NCBI GenBank assembly: GCA_965222605.1
Contig: OZ244960.1
Location: 1,728,001-1,792,000, forward strand
Direction: 5' to 3'
DNA length: 64,000 bases
From: Candidatus Latescibacterota bacterium
GTDB lineage: Bacteria; Latescibacterota; UBA2968
Part shown: positions 38,853 to 49,173 of the stretch, piece after piece
Layout of the letters: each line of letters opens with the position of its first letter
Position numbering within the stretch: position 1 is the first letter of the stretch
Made by a program: the position numbers and the translations under genes
Notes under the pieces: model-generated
What the model was told of the DNA's origin: nothing
The model's database searches: none
Seen by the model: only the letters and a program-made list of their open reading frames with translations

Positions 38853-40211
38853 ATGTCTCAGAATCGACCGAATATTCTTTACATCATGGACGACCAGCAC
38901 CGATGGGATTATCTGGGATCAATGGGTGCTGATTTTGTCAATACACCCAATCTGGACCGGCTGGCCGAGCGTGGTGTTCAGTTTACACAATGTACAACAA
39001 ATTGCCCGGTATGTGCGCCATCTCGCATCGCGGTCGCATCAGGTCTGCAACCCGTTCGCCTGGGAGCGCTGGGGAACAACAATTTTCTGCCACGCACAGC
39101 CACAACGTATTATCAACGGTTACGCGACCACAATTATTACGTAGGCTGCGTGGGCAAACTGGATCTGGCAAAACCCGATGGGTACAATGGACGCGATGGC
39201 GATAGGCCAGCTACGTATATGTGGGGATTTACGCATCCCGTTGAAGTTGAAGGCAAAAGCCATGCTGGCAAGAGCAAAATTCCCCAGGGACCTTATAATC
39301 ATTTCTTAAAAGAAAAAGGATTACTCGATGCATTTGTCGATGATTATTCAGCGCGAAGTGGCCCCAGAACATGTCATGATTCGGTACTGCCGACCGAAGC
39401 GTTTGCAGATACGTACATCGGACAGCGATCTGTACAGTGGATCGAAGACATTCCAGACGATTTCCCCTGGCATTTGTTTGTGAGTTTTGTGGGGCCACAC
39501 AGTCCATTTGATCCGCCGACTAAATATGCCGATCGCTATCGCAATGCCGAAATGCCAGCTCCGATTCCAGCAACAAGCAAAGCTAAACCCAGAAATGTTG
39601 AAAGTAGCAGAAAAGGTCTGACCGGGGCTGAGATTCTAAAGACGCGACGGCAATATTGTGCGTATATCGAACTGATTGACGCTCAGATCGGCGAAATATT
39701 AGACGCGGTTGAAAAGCGGGGAATGATGGACAATACGTACATTATTTTTGCCAGCGATCACGGTGAAATGCTGGGCGACCACGGGCTTTATGGCAAGAGC
39801 GTGCCCTATGAGGCTTCATTGCGCGTGCCGCTTATTGTGGCTGGACCTGGTATTGAAGGGGGCAGGGTATCGGCTGAACCGGTAGAATTGATCGATACCA
39901 ACGCGACAATCTGTGAATGGGCCGGGTTACCACCACAGGAAAATATCGACGCACAGTCACTGGGACCCGTTTTGAGAGGCGAGACGGATGACCACCGTAC
40001 AGAATCGGTCAGCCAGATTCGTCATTTCAGGTTAATTCGCACAAAAACGCACAAACTGGTCGAAAACCAAAACGATATTAATGAGCTTTACGATCTGGAG
40101 AATGATCCGAATGAACTGAACAATATTGCGAGTGAAAATCCAGATATTGTGAAGGAACTTGGCAGGCGGTTAAACGAGCGGTTTAAAGAAGGCGCATGGT
40201 TGCGCGGTTAA
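38853..40211 (+). CDS. Sulfatase
   Basis: PNILY, CAPSR, ASDHGEMLG; GGAG RBS. Confidence 0.92.
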   Translation: MSQNRPNILYIMDDQHRWDYLGSMGADFVNTPNLDRLAERGVQFTQCTTNCPVCAPSRIAVASGLQPVRLGALGNNNFLPRTATTYYQRLRDHNYYVGCVGKLDLAKPDGYNGRDGDRPATYMWGFTHPVEVEGKSHAGKSKIPQGPYNHFLKEKGLLDAFVDDYSARSGPRTCHDSVLPTEAFADTYIGQRSVQWIEDIPDDFPWHLFVSFVGPHSPFDPPTKYADRYRNAEMPAPIPATSKAKPRNVESSRKGLTGAEILKTRRQYCAYIELIDAQIGEILDAVEKRGMMDNTYIIFASDHGEMLGDHGLYGKSVPYEASLRVPLIVAGPGIEGGRVSAEPVELIDTNATICEWAGLPPQENIDAQSLGPVLRGETDDHRTESVSQIRHFRLIRTKTHKLVENQNDINELYDLENDPNELNNIASENPDIVKELGRRLNERFKEGAWLRG

Positions 40212-40290
40212 GGGTTATCATACTTCGTAAAAAGGTATATCATTCTAAAAACGCACAAAAAATCCGGATCAAGATCATAGAGGAGGCATC

Positions 40291-41862
40291 ATGTCTGTCA
40301 TAGATCGTAAGCCTTCAACGCCAGTGTGGTGCATAAACAAGAGCAATCGTATCAAGCGACTCATTGGCATTGGGCGATATGTTTGCCAGCCGATACTTCT
40401 ACACATCTGTTTGCTTTTTGTGTGTGTTGGTATTCTCGCACTGATTCCGAATGTATATGCAGAGGATATTCCATCTATTCCAGCATTTCCGGGTGCCGAA
40501 GGTTATGGCGCAATGACGCGCGGAGGTAGGGGTGGAAAAGTCATCATTGTAACGAATCTGAACGACTCCGGACCAGGCAGCTTGCGCGATGCCTGCGAAA
40601 CTGAAGGACCACGCATCGTTGTGTTCGAGGTTTCTGGAACGATTACCCTTGAAAAGCGCTTGAGAATCTCCAATCCTTATATCACCATCGCTGGACAAAC
40701 TGCCCCAGGTGATGGGATTTGCATCAGGAGATATCCGCTCTCAATTAATACCAGCGAAGTTATTATCAGGTATATAAGAGTAAGATTGGGAGATGAAACC
40801 GGAGATGATTCAGATGCCATATCCAGCAGGTATCACAAGAACATTATCCTTGATCATGTGTCAGCGAGTTGGAGCATTGATGAAACGGTGTCTATTTACC
40901 ATTGCGAAAATGTAACCGTTCAATGGTGTCTGATATCGGAAAGTTTGTACTATGCTGGTCACGCTAAAGGTGCGCATGGATTTGGAGGAATATGGGGATC
41001 AAACCGTAGCACGTACCATCACAACCTGCTGGCGCACCACACCAGCCGGAATCCGCGTTTTGCTTCTGGTTGCGGATATAACGATTTCAGAAACAACGTA
41101 GTGTACAACTGGGGTTATAACAGTGCCTATGGTGGTGAGAAACAACAGGAAGACGATGAGAAGTTTAACTTTTCCATTGTCAACATGGTAGCCAATTACT
41201 ACAAGCCGGGACCTGCAACCCGTTCGGGTGAGGTGACGTACCGCATTGTTAATCCTTCATCAAATGATTCAGCAGATGGTTTCGGCAAATGGTATGTTGC
41301 CGATAATGTGGTTCATGGCAATTCCGCAGTTACTGCGAATAACTGGGATGGTGGCGTGCAGCCTGAGGACGGTAGTTCACATATTCCAAAATTAAAACTT
41401 GAGCAACCTTTTGACTCTATACCTATCAACCAGCAAACGGCTGAAGATGCCTATCATGCTGTTCTTGAGAGTGCAGGTGCCTCACTGCCCAAACGCGATG
41501 CAGTGGATGCACGCATTGTTGACGAAACCCGTAATGGCTATGCCACTTATGAAGGCGGAACATACGAGAAGAATAACCGCGTGCCTGATGAATTAAAAAA
41601 ATGCGGTATTATTGATTCACAGGCAGATGTTGGTGGGTGGCCCGAACTCAAAAGTCTGCCTACCCCGCTTGACAGTGATGCGGACGGTGTGCCAGACGAA
41701 TGGGAAAAGAGATACGGGTTTGATCCGCATGACGCTGCCAACACCTCAAAGGACAAGGACAACGACGGATACACCAACATTGAGGAATACCTCAATGGAA
41801 CAAATCCGACCGAGTTTATCGACTATACCAGGCTCGAGAATAACGTGAACACGCTGAAGTAA
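40291..41862 (+). CDS. Pectate lyase (PL1-like) with C-terminal Ca-binding DxDxDG repeats
   Basis: AFPGAEGYG, IAGQTAPGDG, DHVSASWSIDE, SRNPR, DSDADGVPDEWE. Confidence 0.88.
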   Translation: MSVIDRKPSTPVWCINKSNRIKRLIGIGRYVCQPILLHICLLFVCVGILALIPNVYAEDIPSIPAFPGAEGYGAMTRGGRGGKVIIVTNLNDSGPGSLRDACETEGPRIVVFEVSGTITLEKRLRISNPYITIAGQTAPGDGICIRRYPLSINTSEVIIRYIRVRLGDETGDDSDAISSRYHKNIILDHVSASWSIDETVSIYHCENVTVQWCLISESLYYAGHAKGAHGFGGIWGSNRSTYHHNLLAHHTSRNPRFASGCGYNDFRNNVVYNWGYNSAYGGEKQQEDDEKFNFSIVNMVANYYKPGPATRSGEVTYRIVNPSSNDSADGFGKWYVADNVVHGNSAVTANNWDGGVQPEDGSSHIPKLKLEQPFDSIPINQQTAEDAYHAVLESAGASLPKRDAVDARIVDETRNGYATYEGGTYEKNNRVPDELKKCGIIDSQADVGGWPELKSLPTPLDSDADGVPDEWEKRYGFDPHDAANTSKDKDNDGYTNIEEYLNGTNPTEFIDYTRLENNVNTLK

Positions 41863-41901
41863 ATCAAGCGAGACAAAACTTCATGCTGGAATCGGTTTAC
41901 C

Positions 41902-41960
41902 TCAACTCAATTTCTCCCGCAACAACTGACTGGCTTTTTGGGGATTGGCCTGGCCTTTTG
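41902..41960 (-). repeat. Displaced duplicate of the gatB 3' end (left island boundary)
   Basis: 41908-41960 matches 52098-52150 at 51/53 nt. Encodes [18 protein letters not shown]. Confidence 0.9.
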
Positions 41961-42033
41961 GCTTAGGAATGGGACGACCTAAATTTTTCGCCGTTTCAAT
42001 CCATTCTTCGATAATGAAATCAACTGTGAGAGG
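41953..42033 (-). pseudogene. HicB-family antitoxin C-terminal fragment
   Basis: IIEEWIETAKNLGRPIPKPKG, recognised from memory of small HicB proteins. Confidence 0.6.
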
Positions 42034-42630
42034 TTATCGGGCTATAAAGGAGGAAATTTACAATCATGGCAAAATATATTAAATATTTTCTTTATCTGAT
42101 AGGCATCCTCCTGATTGGTGTCTTTTTTATTCTTTTTATTTGGCCGCTAGCACCTGATGTCCTGCTTTGGAGGTTCTCAGATTCGATCCTTGCTAATTCT
42201 GATGATGCTCTTACAAAAAAAGGGCAATTTGGGGACTCGTTTGGAGGGATCAATGCGCTGCTTTCTGGGGTCGTTTTTATTGGAGTTATCATTGCAATAA
42301 TATTGCAATGGCTGGCACTTAAAAACCAACAGCAGGAGATGAAAGAACAAAAACTTGCGATGCAACAAGAGACATTCGAACGGACCTTTTTTCATCTTTT
42401 GGAAGCAATCAAGGAATGTTATCATTCAACAGAGCACACTAAATTTGTGGAAGTACCTCTCGGGGCCGATGTAGCACAACACCAGGAAGACATTCTTCAA
42501 AGCTACAGGAAGATCAATAGTCCGAATCCTATTATAGTTTCTGAGCCTTTTACTGATCTTGATGGTGTGCGTGGAGTAAATGTCACAACAGTGGGAGATA
42601 CGGCTTTTGTATCAGTGATTAAAAATAATA

Positions 42631-44341
42631 GAGTGTGTATCAAAAGCAAGGCGTATGAAGGGTATAAGAAATAGGGAATTAGAATCGTGTGCAAAACATG
42701 ATAGGACTCCTATATTGGCAAACATTCCGTTAGCAAAACCATGTTTGCTTTCAAAAGGAGCCCTACCATGATGACAATATACGAAAAAGAAGCCTTGTTT
42801 GACCAGTTGGATGAAGAGTTTTCTCAAATCAAAAGGTTCGTTTGCCAAGCCGCAGGTCAAGTCGAAGTGCATGAAGTAGAGGGGAAGGTTTTTCGCCAAC
42901 TTCAAGATTTGGGTCGCCAACTATTATCCCGTTTTGTCCAATTATGTGGCACAGGGTATGAGGCAAACGGTTTCAAAGAGCAAGGTAAGGGTCAAAAGAT
43001 GCGCTACAAAGGTTGCCAATCGGTCTCGTATCTGTCCATCTTTGGGTCTATCCCCATCTGTCGTGCGGCCTATGCCCGTGCCGATGGGAGCTATTTCTAC
43101 CCCTTAGATGAGCACTTGAATCTGCCAGCTCACAAATACTCTTATCTGCTGTTAAAATGGTTGGCACAAGATGCGGCACAGCACGACTTTCGCCAGGCGG
43201 TGGCACGCTTCAATCAGATTTTCGATCTGTCTTTATCCGCCTCATTACCGCAGCGTTTGGGGGATGAGATCGCCGCATATGTCACGCCATTTTATGACGC
43301 ACAGCCCGCGCCTGACCAGGATTTGGAAGGGAGCCATTTGGCTATGAGTGCCGATTGTAAAGGTGTACGCATCCTAAAATCTGAACGGGCAGAGGGCGCG
43401 CTGGACACACCTGCTTGTGCCAGACGAAGGCGCGGTGAAAAACCGAGCCTGAAGAAAGATGCGGTTGTCGTAACCGACTTTTCATTTTATCCGCAAGCAC
43501 GCACCGCACAAGAGATAGTCAAAGGCCTCCTCAATCAGTTTACCCAAAAAGAGAAAGACCAAGCCCGGAAGAATCGCCAAAAACGCACCGCATTGGGACT
43601 TTGCCACCCCCGCGAACCCATCCACAAGCATGTCTTTGCCACCATGAACGGGAAAAAAGAGGCTTTCGAGCATCTTATACGACACGTCCATAAACGAGAC
43701 CCAACCCTTGAAAAACCGATCATCGCCCTAATAGATGGCGAACCGGCTTTAGAACGCAGACTCAAAGAATGTCTCGAAGCCTACAACATGACGGATCAAC
43801 TTGATGCCATTATCTTGGATATTATCCACGCGACGGAATACCTGTGGGATGTCGCCACCTGTTTGTATGGCGAAAAAAACAAAAAACGCACCGATTGGAT
43901 GCAAGACAAATTATACGCCTTGACAAGCAGACCCGTCGGGTATCTCATCGGCGCACTCCGACAGATGATGACCAAGAATAAAATCCGATTTTCTACCTCA
44001 CAGAAACAGGTGCTAAAAAAGACCATCACCTATTTTGATAACCACCGTCATATGATGGACTATGCCACCTATCTGAAAAAAGGATATCCTATCGCTACTG
44101 GCGTCGTCGAAGGAACCTGTGGCTCCTTAGTCAAAGACCGAATGGAACAATCCGGCATGCGATGGTCTCTCTCTGGTGCACAAGCCATTCTTGCTCAACG
44201 CGCTGTTGTCAAAAATGACGATTGGAACGCATTTTGGAACTTTTATATCGACTCTGAACACCAACGGTTATACCCCAAGGTAGGATACAAAACGCTATAC
44301 CAACGAGCTGCTTAAGCTTGCCTGTCATTTTGTACACACTC
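42631..44341 (+). mobile_element. ISKra4-family insertion sequence
   Basis: Imperfect TIRs GAGTGTGTA(T)CAAAA; 9-bp TSD AAAATAATA at 42622-42630 and 44342-44350. Confidence 0.88.
42768..44315 (+). CDS. ISKra4-family DDE transposase
   Basis: SADCKGV, LIDGE, LDIIHATEYLW, PIATGVVEGTC, RMEQSGMRW; AGGAG RBS. Confidence 0.9.
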   Translation: MMTIYEKEALFDQLDEEFSQIKRFVCQAAGQVEVHEVEGKVFRQLQDLGRQLLSRFVQLCGTGYEANGFKEQGKGQKMRYKGCQSVSYLSIFGSIPICRAAYARADGSYFYPLDEHLNLPAHKYSYLLLKWLAQDAAQHDFRQAVARFNQIFDLSLSASLPQRLGDEIAAYVTPFYDAQPAPDQDLEGSHLAMSADCKGVRILKSERAEGALDTPACARRRRGEKPSLKKDAVVVTDFSFYPQARTAQEIVKGLLNQFTQKEKDQARKNRQKRTALGLCHPREPIHKHVFATMNGKKEAFEHLIRHVHKRDPTLEKPIIALIDGEPALERRLKECLEAYNMTDQLDAIILDIIHATEYLWDVATCLYGEKNKKRTDWMQDKLYALTSRPVGYLIGALRQMMTKNKIRFSTSQKQVLKKTITYFDNHRHMMDYATYLKKGYPIATGVVEGTCGSLVKDRMEQSGMRWSLSGAQAILAQRAVVKNDDWNAFWNFYIDSEHQRLYPKVGYKTLYQRAA

Positions 44342-44775
44342 AAAATAATATAAATACAGGCACTGTTAATATGAATGCTGTGGACAGTATGTACTTGGAG
44401 CCTTACTTTTTTTTAGTATTTTCTGCTCTTAATTTGGCTTACCAAATTAAATTTTGTGAAACCTTTGAAGAGAAGAAGTTTTATACTGATATATTGCGTA
44501 GCCAAATGCCAGACTGCGGTGTGCAGGCACTTTGTATGTATCTGGCGACTGATCCGCCAAGATTGGATGAAGATGAGTGCCATGGTAAAGTCTTAAAGGA
44601 AATAATTGAAGAGCATGCTCTGTTTGCGAATATTAGGGGGCCCAATCTGATAAAAGAGCATATTCTACAGTATAAAAGAAGTGCATTTGGGAACAACCGT
44701 CCCGATATTGATAAAATTTTTGATGCTGCTCAACAATCTGGCACAGAAACAGAAGAAGAGGATTAAATGAAACTG

Positions 44776-45087
44776 TGGAGTTGCCCCGCTTTAGATGCTG
44801 TTGCCGAATTGGTAGAGAGTGAGTCTGCGGTTGGAAAAACGGCTGTTTGTGGCCCGAATTCAAGCTCTGTAAGACCTATGTTTATTTTCACAGGGAGAAT
44901 TCGGAATTCGGCAACAGCATCGCTTTAGTGGATAGTGTAGAAGTTTCAACCCAAGCATCCTGCGCTGCGCCAGATGCTTGATCAACTCACATGAACTGCT
45001 GTCGCAGTCAGGCTCAAATTACTCGCCTTCATACACCGCTTCGAGGGTGGCGAAGAAGCTTTCGAAAATCGCATTGTCATAGCAGCC
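44776..45087 (-). mobile_element. IS3-family relic (terminal IR plus integrase-core fragment)
   Basis: 45087-45019 reads GCYDNAIFESFFATLE (IS3 DNA..ESFF motif). After excising the MITE the end reads TGGAGTTGCCCCGCTTTAGTGGATAG, which is IS3-IR-like. Confidence 0.65.
44794..44921. mobile_element. 128-bp MITE
   Basis: Perfect 17-bp TIR GATGCTGTTGCCGAATT; 6-bp TSD GCTTTA (44788-44793, 44922-44927). Confidence 0.88.
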
Positions 45088-45156
45088 TGGGTTTCTTCAG
45101 CAAGCTCCATAAGTCCTAATGCCACAAAAAACAGGAGCTGTGTGCCTACGTCCAAC

Positions 45157-45576
45157 TTATAGTCCAACTGCGGACTTAGATAACTCTGCAGTCAACATTT
45201 TTACAATCTCAAAAGAAAGTGAGCCACCAGCACTGGCTATTTTATCTTTTACTTTTTCCCACACCTTATCCTGTCTAGCGTTATCCAGAAACTCATGGCC
45301 TTCCCAACACAGCCTGATTCTCGAACTGGAAAAAAAGAACCATTTGTCCTGACGGGATGCATCGGTTTCAGAATCGTCATAACACTTCTCTGCCAGGCCG
45401 CCATCAACCAAAATACCACAGTGCGCTGAAACTTTATCCCTATCCTTGTCAGAAGAAGTTATGTATTTGTTGTCTTTCAGCCAATCAAGGACCTCACCAA
45501 AGTCACAACCTCCAATAGTCTCCTTCTCCTCTATTGCCAAAAGAATTCCCCTAACCAGGTCCATATCTCTTTTCAT
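45157..45576 (-). CDS. DUF2513-family protein
   Basis: MKRDMDLVRGILLAIE...LCWEGHEFLDNARQDKVWEKVK. Confidence 0.88.
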   Translation of the reverse strand: MKRDMDLVRGILLAIEEKETIGGCDFGEVLDWLKDNKYITSSDKDRDKVSAHCGILVDGGLAEKCYDDSETDASRQDKWFFFSSSRIRLCWEGHEFLDNARQDKVWEKVKDKIASAGGSLSFEIVKMLTAELSKSAVGL

Positions 45577-48165
45577 TTATTGCTCGTGGTCATTTATTTT
45601 TAATGCCTGATACAGGCTATCCTTAAACTTATTTTCATCTTCGTTGTTGTAAAACGGCACGCCTATCAAACGGTATTTCTCGTTCTCAAACGTCAAGGTT
45701 TTGCAGTCAAACTCGGAAGAGATCTCCTGTAAGAAGTTTTCTTTCCAACGGTCATTCTCTTTCAGATGCTTGCCCTTAGGTTCAATAAACATCTGATAGG
45801 TAAGCAGGTTTCCATCTTGCTCGCGCAGGAACAGTACAAAATCTGGCTCAAATGCCTGTCCATCGTCAAAATTGTAAATTTTGAAATGCCTTTCGTTTCG
45901 CAGCAGATATATCTCGTCGTAATCTTCTGTTAGCGTGACCATCTGGCGGTCGAGCATTCGCACAAATGCCTTTTCTTCGCTCGTGCCGTAAACTGTATTG
46001 AAGGCAAACCAGTCTTTGGAAGATACGAAATGCGCGAATTGTGCGTCTTCTTCAGCCTGCGGGTTTTGAACGTCAAATTTTAACACTTTATCCTTGAAGA
46101 CGTTATGCACCCTATCGTTCCTGAAATCTCGCGAGCCTTCGTATTCGGTAATTTGCTGACGAATATCGGATTCGATTTGATGCAACAGTCCACACATAGC
46201 TTCCCGTTGTTCAGCGCGGTTGTCTTGCAGCGCAGACACCTGGCCTTCAAAGGTGATCTCCAGCCCTCCAAGATAATTTTCAGAACTAATGAAGTCTCTG
46301 ATAGATGCTATATTGGGGAAATAGCGTTTCAGAGATGCGAACGTAAAGAAAGGATTGCGTGCAATAGCAGATTGAACAATGTTGCGCCCGAGGTCTTTAA
46401 CCTTGACGTCTCGACGGTTTTCATCTTTCACAATTGTGCCCTGATGCTCGTTTTTCAAAACTGTTTGTGTGCCGCCGTGACCAGTGGCAATGGTATGAAC
46501 ATAGTTTTGCGCCTTCACGCCTAAATCATCAAAAGATTGCACGCTCTGGTAATTTTTGGGGAGACGACCATTGAGCCAGACCACACCGTATTTGTAGAAG
46601 TTGGTTTGCTTGAACGAGTCTTTGAGGTTGAGTTCACGTTTTACTCTGTGTTCTTCCATCATGCCTTCTTCGATCAACGCTTTGCGAATTTCGGCAATAT
46701 AACTCAAATTATTGATGCTATGGTAATGCAATTCTTCCAGTACACGCAGTTCGTTTTCGAAATCATCATCGAATTTACGGCGAAAACGGTCAGTAATTTC
46801 GCTTAAGACGAAAGGAAAATAACGCGCTCCGCGCCCAATGAGTTGCGCTTCGGATACGGTTGTTCGCCCAATTCTATTCCCTCCCGAATCGCGTGTCTCG
46901 TAACAACGGACGATGTCGAACAAATTGAGCACGTCCCATCCCTCGTTGAGCTTTTGAACTGCAAATATTGCGCGGATGCGGTTGTTGCGGTCTTCGAGGG
47001 TGTTGACCAAAATCTGATGGTTTTCTTTTTCTTTTTCTTCGTTAACCGAGAGACAAAAGTCTTCCTGAAATTCCTGCTTCAGGCGCTCCACCAACTGCGC
47101 GTCGCTGATATTGTAACCATCAAAGAATTGAAATGCCCGCTGAACAAGGCGAATATTTGATCTGCGAATGCGAGCAATATGTTCTGCTGTGAGGCCATCA
47201 ATGAGTGTGTGAAAGTTGTCCTTGTTCTCTTCCGATTGTTTAATCGTACGCTGTGCTTTGAACAAAATCACAGGTTTGAGATTGATCTGATATTGCGCCG
47301 CCACTTCCTGTTTGTACTGGCTGAGAATCAGTGCTTTCAGAATGCGTTCGTTCAGATTGAAGTCGGATTGCACAATAACCACATCTTTTGAAAAACGATC
47401 GTTGCGGAACTGAAGCAAGTCATAGCGATATAACACCTTATTGTGGTATTTTTCCACCATCGCGGGTGTCTCGTAATCGTGTGTGGCGGTGAACTCCAGC
47501 AGAAGGTTGTCTGAGTTCTGATGAAAGATGCGCTCAATGGTGTTTTCCCAACTCTCGAACATCTCCCGCTGAGATTTGGTCGTGACGTTTATGTGATGGG
47601 CTTCATCGGCAATCAACACAATCCTGTGCTTACGAAAGTCTTCAAAGGTGATGGCATTTTCTTTTTCAGTGGTCAGATCGGAGTGTAGTTTTTGGATGGT
47701 GGTGAAACAGATATTGACGTCGTTGGGATTAACCGACTCAAAGTTCTCTACTGGCGTGATCCGCACTGAGTGGTTGGCGATGTGCATGTCCCTGTTGAAC
47801 AGATATTTGATACTGGCAGAGTTGAGAAAATTATCCCGCGTCTTTTCGATGATATTAGTGGAATTGACAAAAAAGAGAAAGTTTCGATAGCCCTTTTCAT
47901 ACAAGTAGAGAATCAGCCCCGCCATGATAAGAGTTTTGCCGCTGCCTGTCGCCATGTTGAACAGAAAATGTAGTGGTCGTTCCTGGTTTGTAAAAAGCTC
48001 GCTATTAAGACAAAAAAAGAAACGGGCAAATGCCTCTTCTTGATAGGGGCGAAGTTCAAATTTAGGGTTTAGATTGTCTTTGAGGTAGGCGGGAATTTCT
48101 TTGTCTAATCCCCCGTATTTGGAAAAGGAGTCCAATTCTTCATACAAAAAATTATTAGCCATCAT
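45577..48165 (-). CDS. res: Type III restriction endonuclease Res subunit
   Basis: MATGSGKT, DEAHH, EGWDVLN, QLIGRGAR, C-terminal FEPDF...IEPKG nuclease. Confidence 0.92.
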   Translation of the reverse strand: MMANNFLYEELDSFSKYGGLDKEIPAYLKDNLNPKFELRPYQEEAFARFFFCLNSELFTNQERPLHFLFNMATGSGKTLIMAGLILYLYEKGYRNFLFFVNSTNIIEKTRDNFLNSASIKYLFNRDMHIANHSVRITPVENFESVNPNDVNICFTTIQKLHSDLTTEKENAITFEDFRKHRIVLIADEAHHINVTTKSQREMFESWENTIERIFHQNSDNLLLEFTATHDYETPAMVEKYHNKVLYRYDLLQFRNDRFSKDVVIVQSDFNLNERILKALILSQYKQEVAAQYQINLKPVILFKAQRTIKQSEENKDNFHTLIDGLTAEHIARIRRSNIRLVQRAFQFFDGYNISDAQLVERLKQEFQEDFCLSVNEEKEKENHQILVNTLEDRNNRIRAIFAVQKLNEGWDVLNLFDIVRCYETRDSGGNRIGRTTVSEAQLIGRGARYFPFVLSEITDRFRRKFDDDFENELRVLEELHYHSINNLSYIAEIRKALIEEGMMEEHRVKRELNLKDSFKQTNFYKYGVVWLNGRLPKNYQSVQSFDDLGVKAQNYVHTIATGHGGTQTVLKNEHQGTIVKDENRRDVKVKDLGRNIVQSAIARNPFFTFASLKRYFPNIASIRDFISSENYLGGLEITFEGQVSALQDNRAEQREAMCGLLHQIESDIRQQITEYEGSRDFRNDRVHNVFKDKVLKFDVQNPQAEEDAQFAHFVSSKDWFAFNTVYGTSEEKAFVRMLDRQMVTLTEDYDEIYLLRNERHFKIYNFDDGQAFEPDFVLFLREQDGNLLTYQMFIEPKGKHLKENDRWKENFLQEISSEFDCKTLTFENEKYRLIGVPFYNNEDENKFKDSLYQALKINDHEQ

Positions 48166-48291
48166 ATCTAATCCCTGTCACTTCTCGACGATGCTTGTCA
48201 AAGTGAACAACAATCTCCCGCACATCAAACAAATAATTCCGCAATTTCTGGTCTGTGTCATTCAGGCCGATTTTCCGTATGCCACAATCAC

Positions 48292-48735
48292 CTAAACCGT
48301 CGCTGGATCAACAGCCACAATTCCCTCGGGTGCATAGCGGGCAAAGTCTGCCGTGTTGAGGGTCAGGATATGCGTTGCACCATGAGAAATCATCGCGGCA
48401 ACCAATCGAGCATCGTGAACTTGAACCCCTGATACACCATAAGTCATAACAAGCCGTCTCCATTCGGAATACATGGAAGGCAAATCTGGAAGCAAAGGAA
48501 AAAGTCTCTCTGCACGCCGCAAAAGTCTATCTGTTTCCAATGGCGTAAGTCCAAAACCATTACGGTTAATAGGACGAGTTGATGCGTTCCAAAATTCTGT
48601 GAAATTCTGCGATGTGGCATATAGTTGATGATCATTTGCCCGCAATTTACGCACAGCGGTTCGAACGATGGGATAACCTGGATCAGCGCGATATAAAAAC
48701 CGCAATAAAATATTGGTATCGGTCAGATAAATCAC
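48292..48735 (-). CDS. vapC: PIN-domain VapC toxin
   Basis: YLTDTNILLR, QNFTEFW, VHDARLVAAM, ILTLNTADF. Confidence 0.9.
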   Translation of the reverse strand: MIYLTDTNILLRFLYRADPGYPIVRTAVRKLRANDHQLYATSQNFTEFWNASTRPINRNGFGLTPLETDRLLRRAERLFPLLPDLPSMYSEWRRLVMTYGVSGVQVHDARLVAAMISHGATHILTLNTADFARYAPEGIVAVDPATV

Positions 48736-48737
48736 GG

Positions 48738-49136
48738 CTATAAATGATCCTCGTAAAGCCCTTCGCGGCTAACCGCGTAATCGGATAACGGTGGGCAATC
48801 AGGACCAACGTATTCCATAAATTCGTCAGCCAACGCATCGGCCAGGCCCTCGAATTTATCATCAGATAGCTGTGTTGAGTTATTCATTGATGACTGCAAA
48901 ATCCCCAGCTTTTCAGCGACTTTCTGCATAAGGGCAGTTTTGCCACCAGCCTCCAAATCGGCAAGGGATTGCTTAAGTTCTTCAACGAAGTCATCGCGCA
49001 ATTCCAGCCCTTCATCGGGATCGCTCATCATTTCTGAGAGTGTTTGTATGACAACTTTCTGCACAAGTTCTCTAAACTCATTAATTGTTAAATCAGCTAC
49101 TTTTGTTGCGCCTGTCGAAACATTCGAAGAAGTCAT
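48738..49136 (-). CDS. Antitoxin, apparently chimeric
   Basis: Acidic protein directly upstream of vapC with DPDEGLEL in the N-terminal part and LSDYAVSREGLYEDH at the C-terminus. Confidence 0.7.
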   Translation of the reverse strand: MTSSNVSTGATKVADLTINEFRELVQKVVIQTLSEMMSDPDEGLELRDDFVEELKQSLADLEAGGKTALMQKVAEKLGILQSSMNNSTQLSDDKFEGLADALADEFMEYVGPDCPPLSDYAVSREGLYEDHL

Positions 49137-49173
49137 TTTTTAGTACCTTTCTGCGATTTATGTTGGAATGACC

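Larger units (their letters stand above)
42066..44766 (+). pseudogene. Putative phage abortive-infection protein (putAbiC-like) interrupted by ISKra4
   Basis: GQFGDSFGGINALLSG, FERTFFHLL and KKFYTDILRSQ. Removing the IS and one TSD rejoins the halves in frame (326 aa). Confidence 0.8.
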
